NCBI RefSeq assembly: GCF_032444005.1
Contig: NC_091291.1
Span: forward strand, 109,864,001 to 109,928,000
Source of the DNA: Ranitomeya imitator
Taxonomy: Eukaryota
DNA: 64,000 bases
Direction: 5' to 3'
How positions within the stretch are numbered: the stretch's first letter is position 1; every line of letters starts with the position of its first letter. Positions 47,050 through 60,083 of this stretch are shown in pieces. The notes beneath the pieces are model-generated. The model searched no databases and was not told the origin of the DNA. It was given only the letters and a program-made list of their open reading frames with translations. A program made the position numbers and the translations under genes.

Positions 47050-49700
47050 TAAAGCTTGAAATGCTTTCAGCATTCATCTGACGATTTTTTTGTAGTCAGG
47101 GTCTTTGTTATTGCCTAAAAATTTCTCTACGACCTCTTTAAATGCAAACCACCCTTCATTTTGAGGATGCGTCATGGTATTGATAAACTCTTGATCAGCT
47201 ATAAGCCTCCTAATGTCTGGTCCGACGAACACACCTTCCTTCAATTTTGCCTCCGAGAGGCCTGGAAACTTGGTGACCAAGTATTTGAAGCATTCTCCAT
47301 GTTTTGGAAGTGATTTTACGAATTGCTTCATCAATCCCAAATTTATGTGGAGAGGTGGTAGAAGAACTTCATGGGGAGGAACCAAAGTTTCTCGGAGGAC
47401 ATTTTTTTCACCAACTGTGAGCACCCTCGGCTGCCAATTCTTCTTGGCCCTGTGATTTTGTCAGTCTCGACTGTCCCATAGACACAGAAAACAAGGGTAT
47501 TTGGTATACCCAGCTTGTTGCCCGAACAGCATGCACAAGACTTTCAAATCCCCGCACACTTGCCAACCGTGATCTTCATATTTAAGTTTACGAAGAACCA
47601 GTTCCAAGTTCTCATAGGTTTCCTTGAGGTGTACAGAATGACCTACAGGGATGGAAGCATAAAAACCGCCGTTGTGGAGTAAAACTGCTTTGAGACTTCT
47701 TTTTGAAGAATCTATAAAAAGACGCCATTGCGCTGAATCATATTTCATTTTGAATTGACCTATCAAACCTTCGACATCGATGCAATAAACCAACTTACAT
47801 AGTTACATAGTTATTAAGGTTGAAGGAAGACTAAGTCCATCTAGTTCAACCCATAGCCTAACCTAACATGCCCTAACATGTTGATCCAGAGGAAGGCAAA
47901 AAACCCATGTGGCAAATAGTAAGCTCCACTTTGGGGAAAAAAATTCCTTCCCAACTCCACATACGGCAATCAGACTAGTTCCCTGGATCAACACCCTATC
48001 AAGGAATCTAATATATATACCCTGTAACATTATACTTTTCCAGAAAGGTATCCAGTCCCCTCTTAAATTTAAGTAGCGAATCACTCATTACAACATCATA
48101 CGGCAGAGAGTTCCATAGTCTCACTGCTCTTACAGTAAAGAATCCGCGTCTGTTATTATGCTTAAACCTTCTTTCCTCCAGACGTAGAGGATGCCCCCAT
48201 GTCCCTGTCTCAGGTCTATGATTAAAAAGATCATCAGAAAGGTCATTGTACTGTCCCCTCATATATTTATACATTAAAATAAGATCACCCCTTAGTCTTC
48301 TTTTTCCAAACTAAATAGCCCCAAGTGTAATAACCTATCTTGGTATTGCAGACCCCCCAGTCCTCTAATAACCTTGGTCGCTCTTCTCTGCACCCGCTCC
48401 AGTTCAGCTATTTCTTTCTTACACACCGGAGACCAGAACTGTGCACAGTATTCTAAGTGTGATCGAACTAGTGACTTGTGTAGAGGTAAAATTATGTTCT
48501 CCTCATGAGCATCTATGCCTCTTTTAATGCATCCCATTATTTTATTTGCCTTAGTAGCAGCTGCCTGACACTGGCCACTGAATATGAGTTTGTCATCCAT
48601 CCATACACCCAGGTCTTTTTCATTGACGGTTTTGCCCAGAGTTTTAGAATTAAGCACATAATTATACATCTTATTTCTTCTACCCAAGTGCATGACCTTA
48701 CATTTATCCCCATTAAAGCTCATTTGCCATTTATCAGCCGAAGCTTCTAGTTTACATAAATCATCCTGCAATATAAAATTGTCCTTCCCTGTATTGATTA
48801 CCCTGCTGAGTTTAGTGTCATCTGCAAATATTGAAATTCTACTCTGAATGCCCCCTACAAGGTCATTAAAAAGAAGAGGGCCCAATACTGACCCCTGTGG
48901 TACCCCACTGCTAACCGCGACCCAATCCGAGTGTGTTCCATTATCTTCCTGGGCAAAGTAAGGAACGAACTCGTTTTCACGATGTCTGAGCCATGAAAAA
49001 GACACTCCTGGCAACAATAAATTCTTGCTTTTGAGCCTTGATCCGAGTAACTCAACGGCATCTTTGGGAAGATTAAAGTCTCTTACCAAATCGTTCATCT
49101 CCACCTGGGAAAACAATTTTGGTCTTGTATCATCTTCAAAGTCAGAACTTGATTCATCATCTGGTTCAGGTATGACTCCACCTTCATCGGAGCTAGTTAT
49201 CTCTTCCAAGGTAGCAGGGGCCTTGGGTACTGGTATACCTGTGCCATGGGGGATGGGATGAATTTCTGAGTGAATATTGGGGTATGAAATGGAATGCTTC
49301 CATTTTGAATTATACCCTTTCACATCGCATGAACAAAAGTAACAATCGTTACTATGGTTCTTTTGCTCTCGCCATACCATAACAGAAAGCTTTTTTCTTA
49401 CCCTTGAACCAATTTTGGAGGTCCTCAACACACCGTTTGCATACTTTATGAGGCGCCCAAGCTTTATCTTGATCTCCAAGCTTTAGTCCGAAATAAGCTA
49501 AGTATACTTTTTTCACAAAGTATGTAATATTCAGCTGTTGCTTCAACACTGTATATTCACCACAAATGTAACAGAAACTGTCAGGCGAAATAATACACTT
49601 CCACTGAGCCATAATGCTAATTTTGGGAAACACGGTTGAATATGACGAGCTAACACGAACTGAGATGAAAAAGTGTGAACAGGCGAGAACCAAGATAAAA
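47050..49700 (-). mobile_element. Chapaev3-like (CMC superfamily) DNA transposon, transposase disrupted and 3'-truncated
   Basis: ATG at 49612: PDSFCYICGEY...GDQDKAWAPHKVC, WREQKNHSNDCYFC, WRLFIDSSKRSLKAVLLHNG, CGDLK...KYPCFLCLWDSR, LLPPLHINLGLMKQFVK, KLKEGVFVGP; family assignment from recalled motifs; ends approximate. Confidence 0.75.
47795..48943 (-). mobile_element. 5'-truncated CR1 LINE inserted in the Chapaev transposase
   Basis: RT C-terminus (GVPQGSVLGP, FADDTKL), 3' UTR and (ACTATGTA)n tail; TAA at both junctions; nearly identical to 56871-58952. Confidence 0.93.
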
Positions 49701-49782
49701 CATTTGAATCAAGCCCGAGCATGTCATAGCCTGCTCGTTCAGCTCGCAACATGTTGATGCTGGTTTCATTAGCTCACTCTAA

Positions 49783-50917
49783 GGCCATGTTCACACGATC
49801 CTTTTTTTCATGCGGAATTGCCGCGATTTTCCCGCTGCTGGTCCGCAGCTGTTTTCCATGCAGGGTACATTACATTGTACCCTATGGAAAACAGGAACTG
49901 CTGTGCCCACAATGCGGAAAAAAAAAAAAAAGCCGCGCTGAATAGCTGCGGGAAAAAAGAAGTACCATGTCACTTCTTTTTTCGGAGCCGCAGCGGTTCT
50001 GCACCCATTGACCTCCATTGTGAGGTCAAACCCGCAGTAAAACCCGCAGATGAAAAAAATATCTGCGGGTTTTACTGCGGTTTGTGGTGCAGAACCGCTG
50101 CAGCAGGAAGTGCGGGGAAGCGGGCGGAAGTGCGTGGGCGGAGTGTGGCTGCCCCCCGTGCTCCAATCCCGCCCCCCCGTGCTCCAATCCCACCGCCCCG
50201 TGCTCCGATGCCCCCCCCAGTGCTCCGATGCCCCCCCGTGCCCTAATCTCCCCCCCTTATACTTACCCGGCGTCCCGATGTCCGTCCGGCCGTCTTCTCC
50301 CTTGGCGCCGCCATCTTGCAAAATGGCGGGCGCATGCGCAGTGCGCCCGCCAAATCTGCCGGCCGGCAGATTCGTTCCAAAGTGCATTTTGATCACTGAG
50401 ATATAATCTATCTCAGTGATCAAAATAAAAAAAAATAGTAAATGACACCCCCCCCCCTTTGTCACCCCCATAGGTAGGGACAATAAAAAAAAATTAAGAA
50501 TTTTTTTTTTTCCNNNNNNNNNNNNNNNNNNNNNNNNNNNNNNNNNNNNNNNNNNNNNNNNNNNNNNNNNNNNNNNNNNNNNNNNNNNNNNNNNNNNNNN
50601 NNNNNNNNNNNNNNNNNNNNNNNNNNNNNNNNNNNNNNNNNNNNNNNNNNNNNNNNNNNNNNNNNNNNNNNNNNNNNNNNNNNNNNNNNNNNNNTTTAAC
50701 CCTAAAAAACTTCCTAGAAAACACACAGACTCTGCATAGAAAACTGCATAAAAAAAAGGATCAAAAAAAGGATCAAAAAATGCATCAAAAAACGCATCAA
50801 AAAAGGACAAAAAAAAGGACCAAAAAAAGGACCTGCGTTTTCTGCCAAGAGCTGCAGTTTTTTAAAAAACAGTCCTGAAAAAAAAAGGATGGAAATCAGG
50901 AACGTGTGAACATACCC
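49783..50917. mobile_element. Harbinger-type MITE with nested GC-rich insert, spanning an assembly gap
   Basis: TAA|GGCCATGTTCACACG...CGTGTGAACATACCC|TAA. Confidence 0.6.
50514..50694. other. Assembly gap (181 N)
   Basis: Run of N. Confidence 1.
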
Positions 50918-51203
50918 TAAAAGTTCTTTGAAAGTTATATTTTTTTGGCATTGTATATCTTCAATGCATTGATGTGAATTAATTCATAGTAATTTTGACT
51001 TTCAAAACCCTAAGATAAAAAAAATACCAAAAATTGAGAAAAATATACTAAATTTGAAGAGAATTTTGCATTTTGTGGCAAATCCTGACGTCCAGATTTT
51101 TTTCAATATTTTTTTTTTCGTTTTCAGCACACCAAAATACATGGAAATTAGATGAAAATAATCAAACAGCTTTTTAGTCGGTGACCTGTGTAGCCTTTCT
51201 TAC

Positions 51204-51260
51204 CTTTCCAACTGTTGGTTTTACAGAAGCAGCCACGGACAGTGATCCGGAAATAATAAA
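51204..51260 (-). CDS. MS4A: MS4A gene C, 57-nt exon (FIISGSLSVAASVKPTVGK)
   Basis: ttttctag|TTT ... AAG|gtaaga. Confidence 0.93.
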
Positions 51261-51622
51261 CTAGAAAAACATGATATAAACGTTACTTTAATTTTACATT
51301 ACAGATCAAGAAAATTAGTTTATGTGAATGGAATTTTTAAAAAAGTTTTTGCTCTTGGAAAAAAAAAGGGCGGGGGTGCAAAACACAAAAAATTGAAAAT
51401 TTCTTGGTCAGGAAGGAGTTAGTTTTGTATTATCAGAGCTTCATTCATTAGAGAGGGAGAGAAAAGAATCCAGAGCCAACGCTAAGACCGGAGCTGTGTC
51501 TCGGACCACCGCGGACTCCCTGGGATTTATGCAGTAGTCATTGATCACGGCTCTTGTAACTAAGCAAACAAGCAGCAAGAAATAAATAGAATACTGCTTT
51601 CACTACTGTATAAATATCTTAC

Positions 51623-51739
51623 CAAAATTCCAGCCCATATGGGGACGCCGGTATAGAATAAAGCTCCAAAGACACTACCGACTATCATCATCATAATGTC
51701 AAAGGAGATGAGGACGATTCCTGTAAAAATCTGCGTTGT
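51623..51739 (-). CDS. MS4A: MS4A gene C, TM1-TM2 exon (TTQIFTGIVLISFDIMMMIVGSVFGALFYTGVPIWAGIL)
   Basis: 117 nt, ttttgcag|ACA ... TTG|gtaaga. Confidence 0.92.
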
Positions 51740-52299
51740 CTGCAAAATAAGAGAAAGACACTTTATGCATTAATAATTTAACTGTTGGAGAAGATCAAGT
51801 TACATTAAAAAAAAATTATTAGATACCTAAAACATAGGTTGGAAAAAACTGACAGACAGAAAGGAATATGACTATAGGATCTGACTACGTAAGGATTGTT
51901 TGTTGTCTGTTACCATGGAGACTTATAAATCTGCATAGAAGCTGTAGTCAAAAATGGTAAAATATTTATAATGAAGGTTTTATATATATTATATTTTATA
52001 TTTAGGAGATAAAAAAGTTGAAAATAAAGTGCACATGTTGGATTCCTAGATATCAGAGGCTGCTGGGTTTCTGGAAGTAAAGTCAAGGTCAAGTTACAAG
52101 GGTAACGTGTAAAAAATGATATAAGTTAATAAAGTCCCCATGACAGGCTTTCTCAGATGTGATGTGGTAGCGGTACTGTACATCCTCCTCCCTAATTTAT
52201 AGTTACAGTTTTACATTAGATCAGTTTTGAGTGACAGGAGAAGCTACTGAGCACAACCAGCAGCTATGGAATAGAAAGGTGCAGACCGCTGTCGTGTAA

Positions 52300-52585
52300 G
52301 GCTACGTTCACATTTGCGTTGTTGTGAGTTGCGTCGGCGACGCAACGCACAACGCATGCAAAACCGCATTGTTTTGTGACGCATGCGTCCATTTTTGGCT
52401 GATTTTGGCCGCAAAAAAATGCAACTTGCTGCGTCCTCTGCGCCCTGACACTTGCGCCAAAAAAGACGCATGCGTCACAAAACGCTAGACAAGGCATGTC
52501 CATGCGCCCCCATGTTAAATATAGGGGCGCATGACGCATGTGTCGCCGCGGTTGCGCCCGACGGACCGCAAATGTGAACGTAGCC
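52300..52585. mobile_element. Harbinger-type MITE
   Basis: TAA|GGCTACGTTCACATTTGCG...CGCAAATGTGAACGTAGCC|TAA. Confidence 0.85.
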
Positions 52586-52809
52586 TAAGGAATGCACAGA
52601 ATATTATATGTTATAAATTTTCTATACTTTCACATGTACTTCTCATTTTTGTAAAATCTAATGATAGGTGGGCTTGCTGAATTAAGTGGCTTGTGAATAA
52701 GTAGAGTTACAATATAGAAGTTAAGAGCAGGAGTTAAAAATCTGTAAGTGCTCAACTTTTTATTATTCTTTACTGAGTTTCTGTCTATTAGCAAGATTGG
52801 AGTTTTCTT

Positions 52810-55000
52810 GCAATGAAGTCTGCCATTTGCACACACAACTGTAGCAGCAATTTCCGCATGAATACTGTGGAGATAGAGAGGCAGGCATGTTGATCGCCTG
52901 GAAGCTTGCATTAGAGATCTGGAGGAACAAAATTAAACTCTGAGGACAACTGACAATTTAGAGACAAGCATGCTGCTCACCTAGCAAGCAATAATTGGTG
53001 GACATGTAGGCTAGAAAAATGGGTCAGGAGAAGCAGACAGCAAGCCCTCATATGTATTTTGCATCGGTCTCAGATCCTTGGTTTGCTTCCCTTACCCCAG
53101 TCCACTAAATTGTGTGGTGCTCCATGTTGGGCTTTGCAGAAGGTCCGGCATGCTCCCATGTGAGCTTCAGCCCAAGCCTAGACAAGGCTTACTGAAACAC
53201 TGAGTCTCAGTATTGTATTAAGACTTCGGTGTTGCTAGACTTCCGTTTGCTACACACCTTTTTGGCACTCCACCAGCCTGCCTGAGGTTTCCTGATGTCC
53301 TCCGGCTGCCTGAGGTTTCCTGACGTCCTCCGGCTGCCTGAGGTTTCTTGACATCTTCCGGCTGCGTGAGGTTTCCTGACATCCTCCGACTGCCTGAGGT
53401 TTCCTGATGTCCTCTGACTGCCTGAGATTTCCTGATGTCCTCCGACTGCCTGAGGTTTTCTGATGTCTTCTGTCTGCCTTAGGTTTCCTTCACTCCACCT
53501 GCAGTTTCCCATATCCTGTCTACCTGCCTACGGCCTCAGGACCCCCTGATATCTGTGTCCTGCATACCCCACCGAGCTGCTGCTCTGATACCCATGTGCC
53601 CTCCCAGACCTTGAGCTTGGTGGATCCACTTAACCTAGTGAGCCTATTAATATGGCTATATCGATGGAAAAAAGAGGGAAGAAAAGTGAAAACATGAAAA
53701 ATGACTGTAGTAAGAAGGAATTACAGAATTACCATGCAAGCTAAAGCGAATGATCTCCAAGGTAGTATTTTCAGGAATATTGCCTGTGCCACACACAGCA
53801 CAGGAGGGACAACTGGAGCTTAAGGACCTAAATTCATGTCTTAAGTCTTGGTGCAGAACAGAAGGATTAGGGTTTCTAGAGCACTGGGCTGACTTCTTAA
53901 TGTGGTACAATCTGTATTTTGCTGATAAATTGCACCAGAGTGGAAGGCAGTCTACTGAGCTGGGGAAAATTATTCTAACAGGGGCAACAAAGTATGTAAA
54001 CTAGAGATGAGTGTGGGAAGACAAAACAGAAAATAAAGGAGTAGATGGTTTAGAGCGCGTGTGTTTATATTTGTGGCAGGACTAGGGATAGGGACATTTG
54101 ACACTGTCCTGCTTGGATGCCTAATGAGTATGGGTTTAGCAAATATGGTTTGCAATTGGATTGAAAACTGACTTACGGTAAATATCACATCTAGAGAATG
54201 ACTCTGAATGGTCTCTGGTTATAAGGGGTGACACCAAGGTTCAGTGTTGGATCCTATGTTATTCAACATGTTTATTAATGATATAGAAGACAGGATTATT
54301 GCTGTTGTTTTATTTTTGTAGCTGATTCCAAGCTATGTAATTTTGTATATTTTCTGGAAAATTTACATAAGTTACGAGCTTGGGCAAACTGAGTGTTTGG
54401 GCAATCATTTGACGGAGGAGGTGTAATGTGGATAAATGTAGAGTTATACACATTGGTGCCAATAACCTGTGGACATCATGTGTTCTACTGGGAGTAAAAC
54501 TAGGAGAGTCTCTTGTAGCACTGTGTCGATAAAAGACTAAATAACAGCATGCAATGTCAATCAGCAGCTTCTAAGACCAGCAAGATATTGTCATGTATTA
54601 AACGAGGCATGGACTCACGAGACAGGAACTTAATACTAACACTTTATAAAGTAATAGTGCGACGTCATCTGGAATGTGGAGTTCAGATCTGGGTATCAGT
54701 TCATAAAAAAGTGACCAGGATTTCGAAAAGAAGAAGAGCCACAAAACTAATTTGGGACATAGAAAATCTTAGTTATGAGGAACGATTAAAAGAATGGAAT
54801 TGATTTACTCTTTAGAAGAGATGAACAATCACTTAAATGGCTTCTACAAAAAGTATGCTCAGAAGCTGTTATATGTAAAACCCTGTCAAAAGATAAAGTG
54901 ACATTCCCTGTGCCTGGTAAAAAAAAAATGTCAGAAGAGTTTAAACCTTTTTATCATGAGAACTATTAGTCTGTCGACAGCCTCACTGAGGAGCTGCTCA
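52810..55000 (+). mobile_element. Old degenerate CR1 LINE with ORF1 remnants (coiled coil, SGNH esterase-like) and RT fragments
   Basis: RHVDRLEACIRDLEEQ; KVVFSGILPVP...LKSWCRTEGLGFLEHW; QCQSAASKTSKILSCIKRG. Confidence 0.7.
53276..53495. repeat. 28-bp tandem repeat (CTGCCTGAGGTTTCCTGATGTCCTCCGG)n, about 8 units
   Basis: Direct reading. Confidence 0.9.
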
Positions 55001-55447
55001 CAATGGAAATGGTTGAGGGTTGCAGAAGGTCTACATAAGGTCTACATAATTTCTCAGAATAAAATCACATAAATGTTTGCATAAATGCTATGAAATTCTT
55101 GTTCTAAAGGTAGATCAAGTCTGATCAATACTCTGGATCAAGAAGGAAGCTTTGCTATTTTAGGATGTATTGGTTCATGCATTATGGTTGTTCTTATACC
55201 CTTTTCCTTTATTCAATATCCTCTTCTAATCTTTTGTTAAACTTGATGTATATACAGTTGTGTGGAAAAGTGTTTACCCCCTTCCTGATTTCCTATTCTT
55301 TTGCATGTTTGTCACACTTGAATGTTTCGATCACCAAACAAATTTAAATATTAGACAAAGATAACATAAGCAACCACAAAATGCAGTTCTTAAAAGAAGG
55401 TCTTTATTATTAAGGGAAAAAGAAATCCAACCCTACAGGATCCTGTG

Positions 55448-56341
55448 TGTTAGGGCTGGCGGAACGCACCAAATAAATATAAAGATAACAATAAGGTGCG
55501 TTCGCAGCCCAGGATCCACCGTGCAACCTGCTGCTATGTAATGGCGGATGAACGCTGAACACACACGGGTTAAACGTCACCCGGTGTGACTAGAAGCAAG
55601 CTCTGTTACTCCACAGAGTCTCAGTAGAAATGCTGTGCCCTGTTAGCAGTCACAGGGTGCAGCAGGTTGACGCTAGTGGGATCCCTAGAATTCACCCCCA
55701 CTATTCTGGTGGTTGGACTCACTCTGACCCTTGGTGTCTTTTGAGCCTGTGCCTGAGGGCGCCCTGAGCAGATGCTGAGTCCATGCGGGAATGCCCACCC
55801 TATGCTGACAGAAGTGTGAACGCAGCTGTGAAGCCACTATTAGGCGCTGACTTGTTTGCTCCCCTCACCCCATTACCCAAACAGCAACCAGAGGGAAGGG
55901 GATCATTTACGAGCATTCACCAGAGTCAATCTCACAGCACACACAAACATTGTCAGGTCTATACTAGCGCATGGCCGAGCAGCCATGAAAACCTGTTATA
56001 GTCGCAGCCTTCCGGGACCTACCTGGTGGTCCAATCAGAGCTGCTACAAGACCTGAGCATGTGACCTCTGACCTCCAATGAGAGGTCGTCCCACGGGCAT
56101 GCTAAGTAGACAAAAAGCAGGACTTAGTCTTTGGAGCATCTGCTCGCCGCTGATTAATGCTGGTTACAATAGCTGGACCTGGAATCGCAGCAGTAACCAG
56201 ATGTACAGCATCAGCTTCAGCAAGACATTGTGACCAACGTCTCTGCTGAGTAGGCTCCTCTGCGGCTGGGGAAAAATGGGAGATCGCGAGGACATCATTC
56301 GAGATTCCCCCTGTGCAGCGGCGGGAACTCAGCACCTAACA
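55448..56341 (-). mobile_element. Solo LTR (894 bp) of the 27649-29155 chromovirus family
   Basis: TGTTAGG...CCTAACA, CTGTG 5-bp TSD, inserted within the Tc1 TIR. Confidence 0.88.
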
Positions 56342-56637
56342 CTGTGTGAAAAAGTTTTTGCCCCTAAACCTAAAAGCTGGTTTGTCCACCCTTAGCAACA
56401 ATAACTGTGATCAAGCATTTGCAATGAGTCTTTCCAGAGCTCTGGAGGAATTTTGTCCCACTCATGTATTCAGAATTGTTGTAATTCGGCCACACTGCAG
56501 TGTTTCTGAGCATGAACCGCCTTTTAAGGTCATGCCACAGCATCTCAATTAGATTAAGGTCAGGACTTTGACTTGGCCACTCCAAAGTCTTAATTTTGTT
56601 TTTATTAAACAATTCAGAGGTGGACTTGCTGGTGTTA

Positions 56638-56865
<228 letters not shown>

Positions 56866-56870
56866 CTATG

Positions 56871-58952
56871 CATTTAGAGAATTAAAGGAAGTAGGTAGTG
56901 AGGAGGCATTAAATAAATACAAAAAATTAAATAAATTCTGTAAAAAGCAAATCAAGGCAGCAAAGATTGAGACAGAGAGACTCATTGTCAGAGAGAGTAA
57001 AAATAATCCCAAAATATTCTTTAACTACATGAATAGTAAGAAACTAAAAAATGAGAGTGTTGGCCCCCTTAAAAATAGTCTGGGTGAGATGATGGATGAG
57101 GATGAGGAAAAAGCCAATATGCTAAATGACTTTTTTTCATCAGTATTTACACAAGAAAATCCCATGGCAGACAAAATGACTAGTGATAAAAATTCCCAAT
57201 TAAATGTCACCTGCTTAACCCAGCAGGAAGTGCGGCGGCGTCTAAAAATCACTAAAATTGACAAATCTCCGGGCCCGGATGGGATACACCCTCGAGTACT
57301 GCAGGAATTAAGTACAGTCATTGATAGACCATTATTTTTAATCTTTAAAGACTCCATAATAACAGGGTCTGAACCACAGGACTGGCGTATAGCAAATGTG
57401 GTGCCAATATTCAAAAAGGGGACAAAAACTGAACTCGGAAATTATAGGCCAGTAAGCTTAACCTCTACTGTGGGTAAAATCCTGGAGGGCATTCTAAGGG
57501 ATGCTATACTGGAGTATCTGAAGAGGAATAACCTCATGACCCAGTATCAGCTCGGGTTTACTAGGGACCGTTCATGTCAGACTAATTTGATCAGTTTCTA
57601 TGAAGAGGTAAGTTCCGGACTGGACCAAGGGAACCCAGTGGATGTAGTGTATATGGACTTTTCAAAAGCTTTTGATACGGTGCCACACAAAAGGTTGATA
57701 CATAAAATGAGAATAATGGGGATAGGGGAAAATATGTGTAAGTGGGTTGAGAGCTGGCTCAGGGATAGGAAACAAAGGGTGGTTATTAATGGAACACACT
57801 CGGACTCAGTAGCGGTTAGCAGTGGGGTACCACAGGGGTCAGTATTGGGCCCTCTTCTTTTTAACATATTTATTAATGACCTTGTAGGGGGTATTCAGAG
57901 TAGAATTTCAATATTTGCAGATGACACTAAACTCTGCAGGGTAATCAATACAGAGGATGACAATTTTATATTACAGGATGATTTATGTAAACTAGAAGCT
58001 TGGGCTGATAAATGGCAAATGAGCTTTAATGGGGATAAATGTAAGGTCATGCACTTGGGTAGAAGTAATAAGATGTATAATTATGTGCTTAATTCTAAAA
58101 CTCTGGGCAGAACCGTCAATGAAAAAGACCTGGGTGTATGGGTGGATGACAAACTCATATTCAGTGGCCAATGTCAGGCAGCTGCTACAAAGGCAAATAA
58201 AATAATGGGATGCATTAAAAGAGGCATAGATGCTCATGAGGAGAACATAATTTTACCTCTATACAAGTCACTAGTTCGACCACACTTAGAATACTGTGCA
58301 CAGTTCTGGTCTCCGGTGTATAAGAAAGACATAGCTGAACTGGAGCGGGTGCAGAGAAGAGCGACCAAGGTTATTAGAGGACTGGGGGGTCTGCAATACC
58401 AAGATAGGTTATTACACTTGGGGCTATTTAGTTTGGAAAAACGAAGACTAAGGGGTGATCTTATGTTAATGTATAAATATATGAGGGGACAGTACAAAGA
58501 CCTTTCTGATGATCTTTTTAATCATAGACCTGAAACAGGGACAAGGGGGCATCCTCTACGTTTGGAGGAAAAAAGGTTTAAGCATAATAACAGACGCGGG
58601 TTCTTTACTGTAAGAGCAGTGAGACTATGGAACTCTCTGCCGTATGATGTTGTAATGAGTGATTCATTACTTAAATTTAAGAGGGGACTGGATACATTTC
58701 TGGAAAAGTATAACGTTACAGGGTATATATACTAGATTCCTTGATAGGGCGTTGATCCAGGGAACTAGTCTGATTGCCGCATGTGGAGTCGGGAAGGAAT
58801 TTTTTTCCCCAAGGTGGAGCTTACTCTTTGCCACATGGTTTTTTTTTGCCTTCCTCTGGATCAACATGTTAGGGCAAGTTAGGTTATGGGTTGAACTAGA
58901 TGGACTTAAAGTCTTCCTTCAACCTTAATAACTATGTAACTATGTAACTATG
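56871..58952 (+). mobile_element. 5'-truncated CR1 LINE; RT ORF open from the truncation point to the stop at 58735
   Basis: KSPGPDGIHPRVL, NYRPVSLTS, VYMDFSKAFD, GVPQGSVLGP, FADDTKL; (ACTATGTA)n tail; CTATG at both junctions. Confidence 0.95.
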
Positions 58953-59918
58953 CCAGATGTAATGGAACTTACATCTTCCAAAAAGTTAAGCATTTGTCTC
59001 GTCAGTCCACAGAGTATTCTCCCAAAAGTCTGCGGGATGATCAATATGTTTTTTGGCAAAACTGAAAAGAGCCTTTATGTTCTTACTGCTCAGCAGTGGT
59101 TTTCATCTTGGAACTCTGCCATGCAGGTCATTTTTGCTCAGTCTCTTTCTTAAGGTGGAGTCATGAACACTGACGTTAACTGATGCAAGTGAGGCCTGCA
59201 GTTCTTTGGATGTTGTTGCGATGTCTTTTGTGACCTCTTGGAAAAGTAGTCTCTAAGCTCTTGGGGTAATTTTGGTCAGCCGGACACTCCTGGGAAGGTT
59301 TACCAGCATTCCATTTTTTCATCGTTTGTGGATAATTGCTCTCACTGTAGTTCGCCGGAGTCCCAAATCTTTAGAAATGGCTTTATAACCTTTTCGAGAC
59401 TGATAGATCTCAATTACTTTGTTTCTCATTTGTTCCAGAATTTCTTTGGATCACGGAATGTCTAGCTTTTGAGGATCCTTTTGTCTACTTCACTTTGTCA
59501 GGCAGGTCCTATTTAAGTGATTTCTTGATTGAGATCAGGTATGACAATAATCAGGCTTGGGTGTGGCTAGGGAATTTGAACTCAGCTTCACAACGTTGTG
59601 ATAAACCACAGTTAATGTATGCTTTAAGGGAGGGCAGCAATCACTTTTTCACACAGGACCCTGTAGGTTTGGATTTCTTTTTCATTTAATAATAAAGACC
59701 TTCATTTAAAAACTGCATTTTGTGTTTACTTGTGTCATCTTTGCCTAATATTAACCTTTGTTTGGTGATCTGAAACATTTAATTGTGACAAGCATGCAAA
59801 AGAATAGGAAATCAGGAAGGGGGTAAACTATTTTTCACACAACTGTATGTCTTTTTTTTCAACCTTACTATGCAACAATGACCTGATCATCTCCAACAGC
59901 TATATGACATGGACGTAC

Positions 59919-60083
59919 CCCCAGAACTTCGGGTTCTCCACTGTAAAATCTAACGATTGGTTTGGGCATGCTGGCTGGAGCATCGCAGTTCTCTCCTTCT
60001 TCAAGTCCATTTCCTTGATTATGTTGTGGTCTCATTTGAGAGATAACCACAACCCCTCCTGCATCTGGTACCACTGTAGACAT
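59919..60083 (-). CDS. MS4A: MS4A gene C, first coding exon (MSTVVPDAGG...FYSGEPEVLG)
   Basis: Acceptor aatag|TCATG at 60085, donor GGG|gtacgt; 55 codons. Confidence 0.92.

Noticed and set aside
49791-50810. 339-aa ORF
   Set aside because: Spans the N gap and low-complexity MITE sequence
55160-55250. Hydrophobic-looking plus-strand reading (also 31372-31445) as an exon of an antisense gene
   Set aside because: Paralogous intron 2 sequence of genes B and C; frames and stops are not conserved between the copies
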